DNA of 64,000 nt from Acidobacteriota bacterium (GCA_963666055.2 CAXWPH010000003.1:64001-128000); one strand, 5' to 3'; numbered from the stretch's first letter, positions 20,285 to 31,654 are shown. Numbers and translations: made by a program. The notes: generated by a model not told the origin, from the letters alone.

Positions 20285-21631
20285 TCATAGGCTCATCGGC
20301 GCGAGCACTTCGCCCGCCCGGCCCGTGCTGTCGACGAAGCTGTCCAGGTGCACCCCGACGTGATCCAGCAGCGCCAGGTGCAAGTTGGCCAGCGGCATAG
20401 CCTCGTCGTACTTGACATGCCACCCACCCTTGACCTGCCCGGCTCCGCCGCGGGCAACAACGATCGGCAGGTTGGTGTGGTCGTGCACATCCGGGTTGCC
20501 CATCCCGCTCCCCAGCAGATAGGTAGTGTGGTCGAGCAGCGTGCCGTCGCCATCGGGGGTCGACCGCAGCCTTTCGAGCAGGTACGCGAAGAGCGAGACG
20601 TGATAGGCGTTGATCTTGGCCAGCTTGGCCAGCTTGACGGGGTCGTTGACGTGATGAGACACCGGATGATGGGGCTCCGGCACGCCGATTTGTGGGTAGG
20701 TTCTGGTGCTGCCCTCGCGCGCCAGCTGAAAGGTGATGACCCGGGTCATGTCGGCCTGCAGTGCCAGCACCTGCAGGTCGAACATCAGCTTGACGTGCTC
20801 CTCCCACGACTCGGGCACGCTGGCGGGGCGATCGAGGTCCGGAAGCGGCGTCGAGTCGGCATGTTGCTCGGCCCGCTGGATGCGGCGTTCGACCTCGCGC
20901 ACAGTGTCGATGTACTCGTCGACCTTGGCTCGGTCACCGCTCCCTAGCTTCGCCTGCAGCCGCGCCATGTCGTGCATCACCCAGTCGAGGATGCTGGCGT
21001 TCGTCTTCAACTGCGCCTGGCGCTGCTCGAGGGTGCCGCCATCACCGAACAATCGCTCGAAGACGGCGCGCGGGTCGGATTCCGGTGGCAGCGGCGTCGT
21101 CGGTGATGACCACGACAAGCTATTCATGTAGACGCAGGCGTAGCCGTTGTCGCAGTTGCCGACCTGCGCAATCAGGTCAGTGCCCAGCTCGAGCGACGGA
21201 ATCGGTGTCTCGCCGCCGATCTGAGCCGCGGCAATCTGGTCGACGGTCGTCCCCAGCAGGTAATCGCTGCCTTCGGTGCGCTTGCCCCCGGTACAGCTCA
21301 GGAACGCGGCGTTGGACGACGCGTGATTGCCGGTCGTGTAGGCGTTGCGCAGCTCGGTGTTGGTGACCACGGTCAGGTGATCGAGGTAGGGGGTGAGCGA
21401 AGCCAAAGAGGGTGACAGCTCGGTAATGGCGCCCTCTCCCTTGGGAATCCACGGCACTGGGTTCATTCCCATCGGGATGAACACATATCCGAGCCGCCGC
21501 ACGGGGTTTGCCGCGGTTCCGATCTGCGCGGACAGCGCCGGCACCATGGCGTCCAACAAGGGGAGAGCCAGAGTGGCGCCGACACCGCGCAGGAACGTGC
21601 GGCGCGGTAGGGCCGTCTTGGTGACGATCAT
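20285..21631 (-). CDS. DUF1552 protein
   Basis: LPRRTFLRGVGATLALPLLDAMVP, TVDQIAA, PSLELG, HHPVSHH, GTLLDH; ATGA overlap with the upstream gene. Confidence 0.92.
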   Translation of the reverse strand: MIVTKTALPRRTFLRGVGATLALPLLDAMVPALSAQIGTAANPVRRLGYVFIPMGMNPVPWIPKGEGAITELSPSLASLTPYLDHLTVVTNTELRNAYTTGNHASSNAAFLSCTGGKRTEGSDYLLGTTVDQIAAAQIGGETPIPSLELGTDLIAQVGNCDNGYACVYMNSLSWSSPTTPLPPESDPRAVFERLFGDGGTLEQRQAQLKTNASILDWVMHDMARLQAKLGSGDRAKVDEYIDTVREVERRIQRAEQHADSTPLPDLDRPASVPESWEEHVKLMFDLQVLALQADMTRVITFQLAREGSTRTYPQIGVPEPHHPVSHHVNDPVKLAKLAKINAYHVSLFAYLLERLRSTPDGDGTLLDHTTYLLGSGMGNPDVHDHTNLPIVVARGGAGQVKGGWHVKYDEAMPLANLHLALLDHVGVHLDSFVDSTGRAGEVLAPMSL

Positions 21632-24030
21632 TGCGACCTCCGCATCTGAAACGGATGACTCTTTGTGATGGCGAGCACGAGCGACGAGAAACGATAATCG
21701 TAGTGCGCCGCGTCCCGCACGATGGCGCGCACGGCTGGGGCATCGTGGTAGTCGACACCACGGCCCAGGGCGAACGTAAGCAGCTTTTCCGTCAATGTAC
21801 CGACGAACACCTGCGGCCGGGCCAGGAGCGCCGAGCGCAGTCCCGCTACTCCCTCGAAAGTCGCACCACCGGGTAAGCTTCCCGACGCGTCGATCGACGT
21901 GCGGTCCTCGCCAAGATCGCGCCATCGTCCAACCGCGTCGAAGTTCTCCATCGCCAGGCCGGCCGGGTCCATCAGCTGGTGACAGGCGGCGCACACCGGA
22001 TTGGCGCGGTGCTCGACCATGCGCTCGCGCATCGACAAGGCCCTCCGGCCCGGTTCAGTCTCCGGTAACGGCGGCACCGTCGCGGGCGGCGGCGGTGGTG
22101 GCATCCCGAGGATGTTGCTGAGGACCCACTTTCCACGCAGCACGGGTGAGGTGCGCGTCGCGTACGAGGTTACCGTCAGGATGCCGCCGTGCCCCAGCAG
22201 TCCGGCCCGCTCGCTTCCCTCGGACAGCTGCACCCGTCGAAAATGGTCGCCGTAGATGTGCGGCATCCCGTAGTGTCTGGCGAGGCGCTCGTTGACATAG
22301 GTGTAGTCGGCGGTCAGCAGATCGACGACGTTGCGGTCTTCGCGGACGATGCTGTCGAACAAGAGCTCAGTCTCGCGACGAAACCCCTGGCGCAGGTTGT
22401 CGTCGAAGTCGGGAAACAACCGCAAATTAGGGCGCGCGGCATCCAGGTTTCGCAGGTGCAGCCACTGCCCGGCGAAGTTGGTGCTCAACGACTCGGACCG
22501 CAGGTCGATCAGCATCCGGCGAACCTGAGACTCGAGCACATTCGGTTCCCGGAGCTCGCCGCGCTCGGCGACGGCCAGCAGTTCGTCGTCTGGAATGCTG
22601 CTCCAGAGGAAGAAGGACAGGCGCGTCGCCAGCTCCAGATCGCTGAGAAGATACGCCTCGCCCGAGGCGACGTGGTCGGCGTCGCGCTCGATGCGGAAGA
22701 GGAACTCGGTGCTCGACAGCAGCGCCCTGAGCGCTGTTTCGATCCCGGCCTCGAAACCCCCTGTAGCGCGGGCGTTCCGATAGAACGAGAGCAGTGCGGC
22801 GCTGTCGGCGTCGGTCACGGGGCGCCGATACGCACGTCGGGCCAACGTCGAGATGATGGTGCGCGCACACGCCTGTTCATCGTCCGCCGAGGTGCTCGCC
22901 GGCTGGCACACGAAGATCCGCTCGCGGCTCGGCGTTGCGCCTGTGCCGCTAGCTTCGAACGGACCGGCGATGGCGACCGAGCGCACCGCGGGCTGGGTCC
23001 TGGGATGCCGGTCCATGTTGAAGTGCGCCTGGTAGGGCTGGCGCTCGGTTTCGATGAGTGCGGAGCTCTTCTTGATGAACGTCGCCGTGACAACATGCGG
23101 GCCGGCCTCGACCGGCACTCGAGTCACCAGATCCTTGTCGACATCCACGTCGGAGTAGTAATCGCCGAAATTATTTCGATTCGGCGTGATGGTGAAGAGT
23201 CGGAGCCGCTCGCCGTCCAGCGCGAGCTCCATGATGTGCGGCTCCGTCAGGCCTTCGACGTTCTCGTTACGGTTGCGGGACAGCCGGACCCGGAGCTCGT
23301 ACTCGCCCTCGAGTGGAAAGCTGTAGCTGACGGCGATGCCGCCACGCGTGCCGAACGGCAGCCCGTCGAAGTGGTCTTCTTGCGTGAGATCGGCGGGGAG
23401 TACCACGACATGACTCCCGGGAGCTGGCGAGGCACTGCCGACGGCCGCCCGACTGACCTTTTGCGCGGCCGACAGATACCGCTCCATCAACATCGGCGAG
23501 AGACCGACGACGCTGACGTTGTCGAACCCGAAGCTGGCGTCGTCGCGCGGCAACAGCGCGGTCACGTCCACATCGAGCGCCAGCAGATCTCGCACCGCGT
23601 TCCGATACTCCGTGCGGTTGAGCCGGCGGAATGTGTCGGTGCGACCAGGGTCCGGGTTGATGGCCGCAACGCGGTCGAGCTCGGTCTCCAGATACGCCAG
23701 CAGACCTTCGTAGCTGGCCTCATCGGGTCGCGGGATCCGTGCCGGGGGCATGGCCCGAGCGTTCAGCTTCCTGACGACCTTCTCCCAGACCTCGAGGTGC
23801 TCGCCGATGCGGTCGAGCTTGACGGTATCGAGGGCAAGCCCGCCCGCCAGGGCTTGCTCGTTGTGACAGCCCACGCAGTAGGTCTCGACCAAGTCCGACT
23901 GTACCGCGACAGCCGGCGCGCCCGAAGCAGTCTGCGCGGGGACCGCCCGCACACCAGCGGATGGCCAGTAGCCGACCGACAGCCCGATGGCGGCACCTAC
24001 CAGGGCTCGCCTCATGCCACGCGGGGTCAT
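21628..24030 (-). CDS. DUF1587/1592/1595/1588/1585 (PSD) cytochrome c protein
   Basis: CVGCH, RRLNRTEY, RLSFFLWSSIPDDEL, NFAGQWL, TSPVLRGKW, CAACH. Confidence 0.93.
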   Translation of the reverse strand: MTPRGMRRALVGAAIGLSVGYWPSAGVRAVPAQTASGAPAVAVQSDLVETYCVGCHNEQALAGGLALDTVKLDRIGEHLEVWEKVVRKLNARAMPPARIPRPDEASYEGLLAYLETELDRVAAINPDPGRTDTFRRLNRTEYRNAVRDLLALDVDVTALLPRDDASFGFDNVSVVGLSPMLMERYLSAAQKVSRAAVGSASPAPGSHVVVLPADLTQEDHFDGLPFGTRGGIAVSYSFPLEGEYELRVRLSRNRNENVEGLTEPHIMELALDGERLRLFTITPNRNNFGDYYSDVDVDKDLVTRVPVEAGPHVVTATFIKKSSALIETERQPYQAHFNMDRHPRTQPAVRSVAIAGPFEASGTGATPSRERIFVCQPASTSADDEQACARTIISTLARRAYRRPVTDADSAALLSFYRNARATGGFEAGIETALRALLSSTEFLFRIERDADHVASGEAYLLSDLELATRLSFFLWSSIPDDELLAVAERGELREPNVLESQVRRMLIDLRSESLSTNFAGQWLHLRNLDAARPNLRLFPDFDDNLRQGFRRETELLFDSIVREDRNVVDLLTADYTYVNERLARHYGMPHIYGDHFRRVQLSEGSERAGLLGHGGILTVTSYATRTSPVLRGKWVLSNILGMPPPPPPATVPPLPETEPGRRALSMRERMVEHRANPVCAACHQLMDPAGLAMENFDAVGRWRDLGEDRTSIDASGSLPGGATFEGVAGLRSALLARPQVFVGTLTEKLLTFALGRGVDYHDAPAVRAIVRDAAHYDYRFSSLVLAITKSHPFQMRRSQ

Positions 24031-24174
24031 CGTCTGCGCCTCCCGGGCCTCGACTCACTGTCAGCAGAGTATCCGCGTGAAACCTGCTATCCAGTTCGAC
24101 GGAGTATACGACAGCTCTGCATCGCTACGACCAAATCAGCCGCTGACGAAGATCGTGCCGGGGGCCGGCGACCG

Positions 24175-25515
24175 CTACCTGGATGGAAACAGTGCCCGGT
24201 TCAGGATCGACTCGAAGAGCTCCTGTTTGCCGCTACGAGTCTCCGGCGCGCCGTTCGTGGAGGCGATCTCATAGAGGTCGGCAAACTCCAGCTCGCCCGA
24301 CTCGAACGCCGCTCCGGGGGCGGTGGAAAAGCTCTCGTAGCGGTGGTCGCGCAATCGCAGGTAATCCGACTCCTCCAGGATGCCTGCCGCAACCAGCAGG
24401 GCACTTGCAAAGGTGTCCATACCGGTGATGTGGGCGATGAACAGGTCTTCGGCGTCGGTCGAGTTGCGGCGCAGCTTGGCGTCGAAATTGACTCCGCCGG
24501 TTCCGAGCCCACCGGCTTGGAGCAGTACGAGCATCGCTTCGGTGGTCTCGTACAGATCCACCGGAAACTGGTCCGTGTCCCAGCCGCTCTGGTAGTCGCC
24601 GCGGTTGGCGTCGATGCTGCCGAGCAGGCCGGCATCGGCGGCCACCTGGAGCTCGTGCTGGAAGGTGTGGCCGGCGAGCGTAGCGTGGTTTACCTCGATA
24701 TTGAGCTTGAAGTCATCGAGCAGGTCGAACTCGCGCAGGAAACCTACCGCGGTTGCCGCGTCGTAGTCGTACTGGTGCTTCATCGGCTCCTGTGGCTTCG
24801 GCTCGATCAGGAAGACGCCGTCGAAGCCGTGGCTACGCGCGTAGTCACGGGCGGAATGCAGAAACCGCGCCAGGTGCTCACGCTCGCGCTGCATATCGGT
24901 GTTAAGCAGGCTCATGTAGCCTTCTCGCCCGCCCCAGAACACGTAGTTGGTTCCACCTAGAGCAATGGTGGCGTCCAGCGCGCATTTCACTTGGGCGGCG
25001 GCGTGGGCGACGACAGCGAAATCGGGGTTGGTGGCAGCGCCGTTCATATAGCGCGGGTGCGAGAACAGGTTGGCGGTACCCCAGAGCAGCTGCACGCCGG
25101 AGGCACGCTGTTTCTCGGCCGCATACTCGACGGCTGCTTGCAGGCGACGCTCGGACTCGCCAACGGAGTCGCCTTCGGCGACCAGGTCCGTGTCGTGGAA
25201 GCAGTAGAACGGCACCCCGAGCTTGGTGATGAACTCGAACGCCGCATCTATCTTCAAGCGCGCCGCGGCGAGCGGATCGGGCTCCCTCGACCAGGGGAAC
25301 TCGCGCGTCGGCGTGCCGAACGGGTCGCCGCCGCCAACGCCGAAGCTGTGCCAGTAGGCAACCGCGAAGCGCAGGTGCTCGGCGAGCGTCTTGCCGGCCA
25401 CGGTGCGACCGGGGTCATAGGCCTTGAAGGCAAGCGGGTTGCGGGAGTCTGGTCCTTCGAACGGGATCTCCCCGACCTGCGGAAAGAACTCGTTGTCTCC
25501 GATTGTTACGGGCAT
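24175..25515 (-). CDS. xylA: Xylose isomerase (class II)
   Basis: [51 protein letters not shown]. Confidence 0.97.
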   Translation of the reverse strand: MPVTIGDNEFFPQVGEIPFEGPDSRNPLAFKAYDPGRTVAGKTLAEHLRFAVAYWHSFGVGGGDPFGTPTREFPWSREPDPLAAARLKIDAAFEFITKLGVPFYCFHDTDLVAEGDSVGESERRLQAAVEYAAEKQRASGVQLLWGTANLFSHPRYMNGAATNPDFAVVAHAAAQVKCALDATIALGGTNYVFWGGREGYMSLLNTDMQREREHLARFLHSARDYARSHGFDGVFLIEPKPQEPMKHQYDYDAATAVGFLREFDLLDDFKLNIEVNHATLAGHTFQHELQVAADAGLLGSIDANRGDYQSGWDTDQFPVDLYETTEAMLVLLQAGGLGTGGVNFDAKLRRNSTDAEDLFIAHITGMDTFASALLVAAGILEESDYLRLRDHRYESFSTAPGAAFESGELEFADLYEIASTNGAPETRSGKQELFESILNRALFPSR

Positions 25516-27026
25516 TTCGGTTGCTCCTCCACGTCGTGGCCGGCGACCGCCCGTTCAAGGTGGCGGCACCATCGATCATAGGCGGCAGCGTATTCCGAGC
25601 GCAGTGGATCGTCGGGCTCTACGACGGCGCTCGCGATGAGGCCGGCGAATGCCTCCGCGCTGGTCTCATAGACCCCGATACCGAGGCCGGCGCCGCGCGC
25701 CGCCCCCTGTGCTCCATCGGTCTCGAACAGCTCGATCGTCGCGCCGCTTGTGGTCGCCAGCGCCTGCCGAAAGATTGGGCTAGCGAACATGTTGCCCGAG
25801 CCGGCGCGGATTACTCGCGGCTCGATTCCGGTCTCGCGCAAGACGTCCAGCCCGTAGCGAAAGGCAAAGGCGATGCCCTCCTGTGCGGCACGCAACAGGT
25901 GGGACCTCTGGTGCCGATTGAACCCCAGGCCGTAGATCTGACACCCGAGGTCCCGATTCTCGAGTAGCCGTTCCGCGCCGTTTCCGAAGGGAAGAACGAC
26001 CACCCCTTCGCTGCCCACAGGCACCTGCCCGGCAGTGGCGTTCATGGCGTCGTAGTCAGTTCCCGGCGAGCACACTTGCCGCCGAAGCCAGGCGTTGAGA
26101 ATGCCGGTGCCGTTGATGCACAGCAGCACACCGAGGCGAGGCCTGCCGCTTTCGTGGTTCACATGCGCAAACGTGTTCACCCGCCAGCGCGGGTCCGGCT
26201 GGGCAACATCGCTCACCCCGTAGACCACCCCGGAAGTGCCGGCTGTGGCGGCGATAGCCCCGGGCTCGAGCACGTTGAGCGACAGCGCGTTGTTGGGCTG
26301 GTCGCCGCCCCGATAACTGACCGGAGTGCCGGCCTGCAGCCCGAGCTCAGAAGCGGCCGCTGCCGTCACCCGGCCCTGGACACCGAAGGTCGGGACCACC
26401 TCCGGCAGGAGCGAAGCGTCGAGCTCGAAGTGCCGCAGCAGCGGCATCGAAACCTGGTGATCGACAAAATCCCACAGGATTCCCTCCGACAGGCCGGGCA
26501 CGGTAGTGGCGATGGTCCCGGTCATCCGCATCGCGACCCAGTCGCCCGGGAACAGCATCTTGTGGGCGCGGGCGAACGTATCCGGCTCGTGTGCCTTCAC
26601 CCAGGCGAGCTTGGAGGCGGTGAAGTTGCCGGGAGAGTTCAGCAGGTGCCGCTGGCAGTAGTCGGGCCCGATGGAGTCGAGGGCGTCGTCGCCCAGGGAC
26701 ACGGCGCGGCTGTCACACCAGATGATCGCCGGTCGCAGAACCTCGGTGTGCTCGTCGACCAGCACGAGGCCGTGCATCTGGTAGGCGATGCCGACCGCGC
26801 CGACCCGGTCGGGCCGCACCGCCGCAGCCTCGAGCACCGCGGCGGTGGCGCGCACCAGATGCCTCCACCACAGCTCGGGGTGTTGCTCGGCATAGCCGGG
26901 GCACGGAGCGTCGATCGCCATCTCGTCGGCCGGCGACGATGCCGAGGCGACACAGGCGCCGGAGTCGGCTTCGAGGAGCGCCGCCTTGACCGAGGAACTT
27001 CCGATGTCGTAGCCGAGGAGGTACAT
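25506..27026 (-). CDS. xylB: Xylulokinase (FGGY family)
   Basis: [45 protein letters not shown]. Confidence 0.93.
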   Translation of the reverse strand: MYLLGYDIGSSSVKAALLEADSGACVASASSPADEMAIDAPCPGYAEQHPELWWRHLVRATAAVLEAAAVRPDRVGAVGIAYQMHGLVLVDEHTEVLRPAIIWCDSRAVSLGDDALDSIGPDYCQRHLLNSPGNFTASKLAWVKAHEPDTFARAHKMLFPGDWVAMRMTGTIATTVPGLSEGILWDFVDHQVSMPLLRHFELDASLLPEVVPTFGVQGRVTAAAASELGLQAGTPVSYRGGDQPNNALSLNVLEPGAIAATAGTSGVVYGVSDVAQPDPRWRVNTFAHVNHESGRPRLGVLLCINGTGILNAWLRRQVCSPGTDYDAMNATAGQVPVGSEGVVVLPFGNGAERLLENRDLGCQIYGLGFNRHQRSHLLRAAQEGIAFAFRYGLDVLRETGIEPRVIRAGSGNMFASPIFRQALATTSGATIELFETDGAQGAARGAGLGIGVYETSAEAFAGLIASAVVEPDDPLRSEYAAAYDRWCRHLERAVAGHDVEEQPKCP

Positions 27027-27046
27027 CGTGGGCTCCGACCGCCGCG

Positions 27047-27916
27047 CTAGCACTGCTCGCGGCCTTCCTGTGGCGAGTACTCGGTGCGCAGCAGGCGGGC
27101 GTTCAGGTTGACGTTGACGGTGCCAACGAAATCGTCTGCATGTGGCGGGCGGTGGCGGTGGGTCGCGTCGTAGTCGAGGTTGCTGCCAGCGCCGAGTGCG
27201 TACTCGATACCGCCCGCCAGGTGGCCCAGAAACGCCGCCTCGGAATAGCTCTCGGTGGTGTGGCCGAGTGCCGTGTAAAAGGCGCGTCCACCGTCGTACT
27301 CGTGCGACCAGGACATGCGATGTGGATCGCCGGTGGTGGCACCCTCGTAGCTGTCTTCCTCGATCGTCAGCAACACGCGCACGTCCGAGCTCGTATAGCG
27401 CAGGTCGTACCACTCGTCGGTGCGCGTCCAGGTGGGCTGGAGATGGTTCGTTGCCGGATGGTCCGGGTCGTCCACCCGTAGGGTGGCCTGTTGAATCTCG
27501 GGATGATCAACGAAGTAGGCGCCGACAAGACGTCCGTACCACGGCCAGCCATACTCGGTGTCGCTGGCGGCGTGTATGCCGACATAGCCACCGCCGGCCT
27601 GGATGAAACGCTCGAAGTTCGCCTGCTGGGAAGCATCGAGGACGTCGCCCGTCGTGCTGAGGAACACGACGACGTCGTAGTTGCGCAGCGTGCCTTCCGC
27701 GAACACCGAGGCGCCCTCGGTGGCGTCCACGCTGAACCCGCGCTCGCGGCCGAGCTTGCGAATGGCGCTGACGCCCACCTCGATGGAGCCGTGTCGGAAC
27801 GCCGCCGTCTTGGAGAACACCAGCACCCGAGGTGGTGGCGCAGAACAGGCGGTGGCGATCAGCGTTGCGAGCATGGCAACGAGGGTGAGCCCTGATGGCC
27901 GGGTGCGGTGGCGCAT
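27047..27916 (-). CDS. ThuA-like domain lipoprotein
   Basis: Lipobox ATAC; VLVFSKTAAFRHGSI, GGGYVGIHAASDTEY, DEWY, FYTALGH. Confidence 0.9.
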   Translation of the reverse strand: MRHRTRPSGLTLVAMLATLIATACSAPPPRVLVFSKTAAFRHGSIEVGVSAIRKLGRERGFSVDATEGASVFAEGTLRNYDVVVFLSTTGDVLDASQQANFERFIQAGGGYVGIHAASDTEYGWPWYGRLVGAYFVDHPEIQQATLRVDDPDHPATNHLQPTWTRTDEWYDLRYTSSDVRVLLTIEEDSYEGATTGDPHRMSWSHEYDGGRAFYTALGHTTESYSEAAFLGHLAGGIEYALGAGSNLDYDATHRHRPPHADDFVGTVNVNLNARLLRTEYSPQEGREQC

Positions 27917-27954
27917 GTGGGTCCTTTGCACTTTGTGGGGGGCGAAACGACCGG

Positions 27955-29160
27955 CTAGGAGGCCGAGCCGTAGTCAACGTCGATCTGTCGGCGTGACGCG
28001 GCGGATAACAGCACGGCGTCACACACCACCGCGGCGCGATAGCCGTCGTCGAAGGTGGCGCCATGCGGCGCTACCTCCCGATCGTTGACGATGCAGTCGA
28101 GCAGGTGAGCGAACTCGTGCACGAACGTGTGCTCCCAACCGATGATGTGCCCGTGAGGCCACCAGTGTTCCCAGAACGGGTGATGCGCTTCGGTTACCAG
28201 AACATCGTGGAAGCCCTGCGTCTCACGGGGCTGGTCGCCGACCCAGAACACCTGGAGCTCGTTGAGGCGTTCGAGGTTGAAGCAGATGCTGCCAAGCTCG
28301 CCGTTGATCTCGACGACCTGGTGATTCTTGCGGCCGGCTGCGAAGCGCGACGATTCGAGCGTTCCCAGAGCCCCGTTGGCGAATTCCACGGTGGCAACAA
28401 AGGCATCGTCGACGTTGACCTTGGCATTGCCGGAGCCGTCGGGCGACGGCCGCTCGTCGATGAAGGTACACGTCGCGGCGCCTACGCTGGCAATGTTGCC
28501 CACGAGGTAGTGCGCCAGGTCGATGATGTGCGCGCCCAGGTCGCCCAATGCTCCGCTACCGGCACGTTCCTTGTCGAGTCGCCAGATTCTCGGCGTGCCG
28601 TAGTGCGGCAGGATCCACTCCTGCAGGTAGACCGCACGATAATGGTAGATACGGCCCAGCGCGCCGCTCTCGATCAGCTGGCGCGCTTGGCGAATGGCGG
28701 GTACGAAACGGTAGTTGAACCCCACCATGTGCTTGACGCCCGCGTCGCGCACCGCCGCCAGCATTGTCGCAGCCTCCTCGGCGTCGCGCGCCAAGGGTTT
28801 TTCGCAGATCACGTGCTTGCCGGCAACGGCGGCGGCGATGCAGGGCTCGGCATGGACGTTGTTGGGCCCACCGTTGTCGAATAATTGCACGTGCTCGTCG
28901 TCGATGAGCTCGCGCCAGTCCGTGTAGTGCCTCGCGTAGCCGTAGCGTCGCGCCGCTTCGGCGACGGCGCTCTCGTCGCGGCCGCAGATCGCTACCAACT
29001 CGGGCATTGCCGGTGGCGGGTAGATCATGTAGGGGAGCGTCTTGAGCGCGTTCGAGTGCGCCTTTCCCATGAAGGAGTACCCGAGCATACCGACACCTAC
29101 GCTGGGTACGTCGAGATCGGTCGTCGTCGCCGCCATGTCGGTGAAGGACTGCTCACCCAT
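27955..29160 (-). CDS. Gfo/Idh/MocA oxidoreductase, levoglucosan-dehydrogenase-like
   Basis: GYSFMGKAHS, CEKPLA, GFNYR, YLQEW, GSGALGDLGAHIID, GWEHTF. Confidence 0.9.
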   Translation of the reverse strand: MGEQSFTDMAATTTDLDVPSVGVGMLGYSFMGKAHSNALKTLPYMIYPPPAMPELVAICGRDESAVAEAARRYGYARHYTDWRELIDDEHVQLFDNGGPNNVHAEPCIAAAVAGKHVICEKPLARDAEEAATMLAAVRDAGVKHMVGFNYRFVPAIRQARQLIESGALGRIYHYRAVYLQEWILPHYGTPRIWRLDKERAGSGALGDLGAHIIDLAHYLVGNIASVGAATCTFIDERPSPDGSGNAKVNVDDAFVATVEFANGALGTLESSRFAAGRKNHQVVEINGELGSICFNLERLNELQVFWVGDQPRETQGFHDVLVTEAHHPFWEHWWPHGHIIGWEHTFVHEFAHLLDCIVNDREVAPHGATFDDGYRAAVVCDAVLLSAASRRQIDVDYGSAS

Positions 29161-29190
29161 CCTGGTGCTCCCGGCCTGGTGTAAATCGCC

Positions 29191-30189
29191 TCAATCGTCG
29201 GCGAACGCCGCGTCGAACGCCACATCCGAGGGTGTGAAGTCCTGGTCGCGGACCATCTGTAGCGCCTCCTGCGCACCCCACTCCCGGTCCATACCGATGT
29301 CCTCCCACTCGATCGACAGGGGACCGTTGTAGCCGATGCGGTTGAGCGCCCGTACGATTAGGTCCCACTCTACGTCGCCACGCCCAGGGGATACGAAATC
29401 CCAGCCCCGTCGAGGGTCACCGAAGTCCAGGTGTGACGCCAGGATGCTGTTGCGTCCGTCCAGCTGCACTCGCGCGTCCTTCACATGGACGTGGAAGATA
29501 CGGTCGGGAAACTCGTCGATAAAGGTCACCGGCTCGATGAACTGGTGAACCAGATGACTGGGATCGAAGTTGAACCCGAAGCTGGGGTGGTTGTCGATCG
29601 CATCCAGCGCCCGCCGTGCCGTGATGGTGTCGTAGGCGATCTCGGTGGGGTGCACTTCGAGCCCGTAACGCACCTCTTCTTCGGCGAATACAGCAAGGAT
29701 GGGCTGCCAACGCTCGGCAAAATCGTTGTACCCCGCATCGATATCGCCCTGGCTCGTGGGTGGGAAGAAGTAGAGCTTGGACCACACGCTACTGCCGGTG
29801 AATCCGTTGACTACGTCGACTCCGAATCGGCGCGCTGCCCGTGCGGTGTCGGCGATCTCCGCGGCGGCGCGCTGCCGGACCCCCTCGGGGTCGCCGTCTC
29901 CCCAGATCCGGAGCGGCAGGATCCCACGGTGCCGTTCGTCGATGGGATCACACACGCACTGGCCTACCAGGTGGGTGCTGATGGCCGAGCACGACAATCC
30001 GTGACGCTCGAGTAGCTCCCGCTTGGCATCGAGGTAGGAGTCGTCGCTGAGCGCCAGGTCGACCTCGAAGTGATCACCCCAGCAGGCCAGCTCGAGCCCA
30101 TCGAAGCCCCATTCTGCAGCCTTCGCAGCCAACGTCTCCAAAGGCAGGTCAGCCCACTGGCCGGTGAACAGGGTGATCGCTCGTGACAT
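29191..30189 (-). CDS. Sugar phosphate isomerase/epimerase (xylose-isomerase-like TIM barrel)
   Basis: [41 protein letters not shown]. Confidence 0.92.
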   Translation of the reverse strand: MSRAITLFTGQWADLPLETLAAKAAEWGFDGLELACWGDHFEVDLALSDDSYLDAKRELLERHGLSCSAISTHLVGQCVCDPIDERHRGILPLRIWGDGDPEGVRQRAAAEIADTARAARRFGVDVVNGFTGSSVWSKLYFFPPTSQGDIDAGYNDFAERWQPILAVFAEEEVRYGLEVHPTEIAYDTITARRALDAIDNHPSFGFNFDPSHLVHQFIEPVTFIDEFPDRIFHVHVKDARVQLDGRNSILASHLDFGDPRRGWDFVSPGRGDVEWDLIVRALNRIGYNGPLSIEWEDIGMDREWGAQEALQMVRDQDFTPSDVAFDAAFADD

Positions 30190-30391
30190 CGAGAATCTCC
30201 TTTGTAGCGCCTCGGTTCCACGGCAATTTACGCGGGTGGACGTCGCGAAACAACGTGCGCTTTCGCTGATCCCAGGCCGCGGCTATATTCTGCGCTTGGG
30301 CTTCCGAAAGGAATTCGTTCGTAGCGTTCGGGGCGCTCGCCCGCGACCCCGCCAGCGCTGCCCATCCGGAGTTGGACGAGTCGTATCCACG

Positions 30392-31579
30392 ATGCATGAC
30401 GAGCAAGCCTACGAGCGCGAGCCGTACCTCACCGAGCTTCATGTCGAGGTTGTCTCGGCAGGCGACGAGGAGGGACGTCCGTTCGTGATTCTCGATGACA
30501 CGATTCTGTACCCGGAGGGTGGTGGCCAGCCTGCGGATCATGGCCTGGTCGACGAAGTGCCGGTAGTCGATGTGCAGCGGGTTGACCGCGACATTCGCCA
30601 CTATGTTGATCGCCCGATAGAGCCGGGGGCGGCGCGGCTGACCCTGGACTGGTCGCGCCGATTCGATCACATGCAGCAGCACACCGCACAACACCTGATC
30701 ACTGCGGTGGCCGAGGCGCAGCACGGCTGGGAGACGACTTCGTTTCATCTCGGCGAGCAGCGCTGCGATATCGAGCTCAACACACCGTTGCCGGATACGG
30801 TTTCGCTGGCTCGTGTGGAGGACGTCGTGATGGGAGTGGTGCGGTCGAACCGCCGTGTCAACGCGCGCCGTGTGTCGCCGGCTGAGGTTGGCGCGCTCGA
30901 GGTACGTACTCGCGGGTTGCCATCAGGGCATCACGGCAGTGTGCGCCTGGTTGAGATCGACGGCATCGATGTCTGCGCCTGCGGCGGCACGCACCTGTCG
31001 TCGACAGCCGAGATCGAAGCCGTCAAGCTACTGGGGGTCGAAGCGATGCGGGGAGGATGCCGGCTGCACTGGGTAGCCGGTGGCCGGGTGCGTGCGCGGC
31101 TGAGCGGGCACGAAGCCCGAGCCCGCCAGCTGCGCGCCCAGCTCGACGTCGCCGACGAAGATCTCGTCGACGCGGTGGTGGGCCGCCTGGAGCGACTCAA
31201 GACGGCGGAGAGGCGTGTGCACCGCCTGGAGAGGCAGCTGGCCCGACAGGTTGCGCGTCGGCTCGGTGGCGCCGATACGCCGGTCGTGGAGGCGCACTTC
31301 GACGATACGAATGCCGGGTTCCTGCAGCTCGTTGCGCGCCATCTTTCCGTCGATGCCGGCGCGCGCATCGCTTTTCTCACCGCTTCCGATGCCGGCGAGC
31401 ATTTCTTCTTGCTTGCCACCGGCGCCGATAGCTCAGTGCAGTTAGGCGAGCCTGGAGCGCAGGTCGCCGAGCTGCTCGACGGTCGAGGCGGGGGCTCCGG
31501 AACGCTCTTTCAGGGCAAGGCCGGCAGCTTGAGCCGCCGCTGCGAGGCGGTGGCGCTGCTCGAGAGGCTCAGCGACTGA
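30392..31579 (+). CDS. Alanyl-tRNA editing protein (AlaX) with a DHHA1 domain
   Basis: YPEGGGQPAD, HMQQHTAQH, CGGTH, GRGGGS. Confidence 0.9.
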   Translation: MHDEQAYEREPYLTELHVEVVSAGDEEGRPFVILDDTILYPEGGGQPADHGLVDEVPVVDVQRVDRDIRHYVDRPIEPGAARLTLDWSRRFDHMQQHTAQHLITAVAEAQHGWETTSFHLGEQRCDIELNTPLPDTVSLARVEDVVMGVVRSNRRVNARRVSPAEVGALEVRTRGLPSGHHGSVRLVEIDGIDVCACGGTHLSSTAEIEAVKLLGVEAMRGGCRLHWVAGGRVRARLSGHEARARQLRAQLDVADEDLVDAVVGRLERLKTAERRVHRLERQLARQVARRLGGADTPVVEAHFDDTNAGFLQLVARHLSVDAGARIAFLTASDAGEHFFLLATGADSSVQLGEPGAQVAELLDGRGGGSGTLFQGKAGSLSRRCEAVALLERLSD

Positions 31580-31654
31580 ATATCGTCGCTACGCGGCCGC
31601 GCGGCCGCGCGCCTATCGATGCTGTCGTTTCGAGATCTCTGGGCGGTGGTGTCC

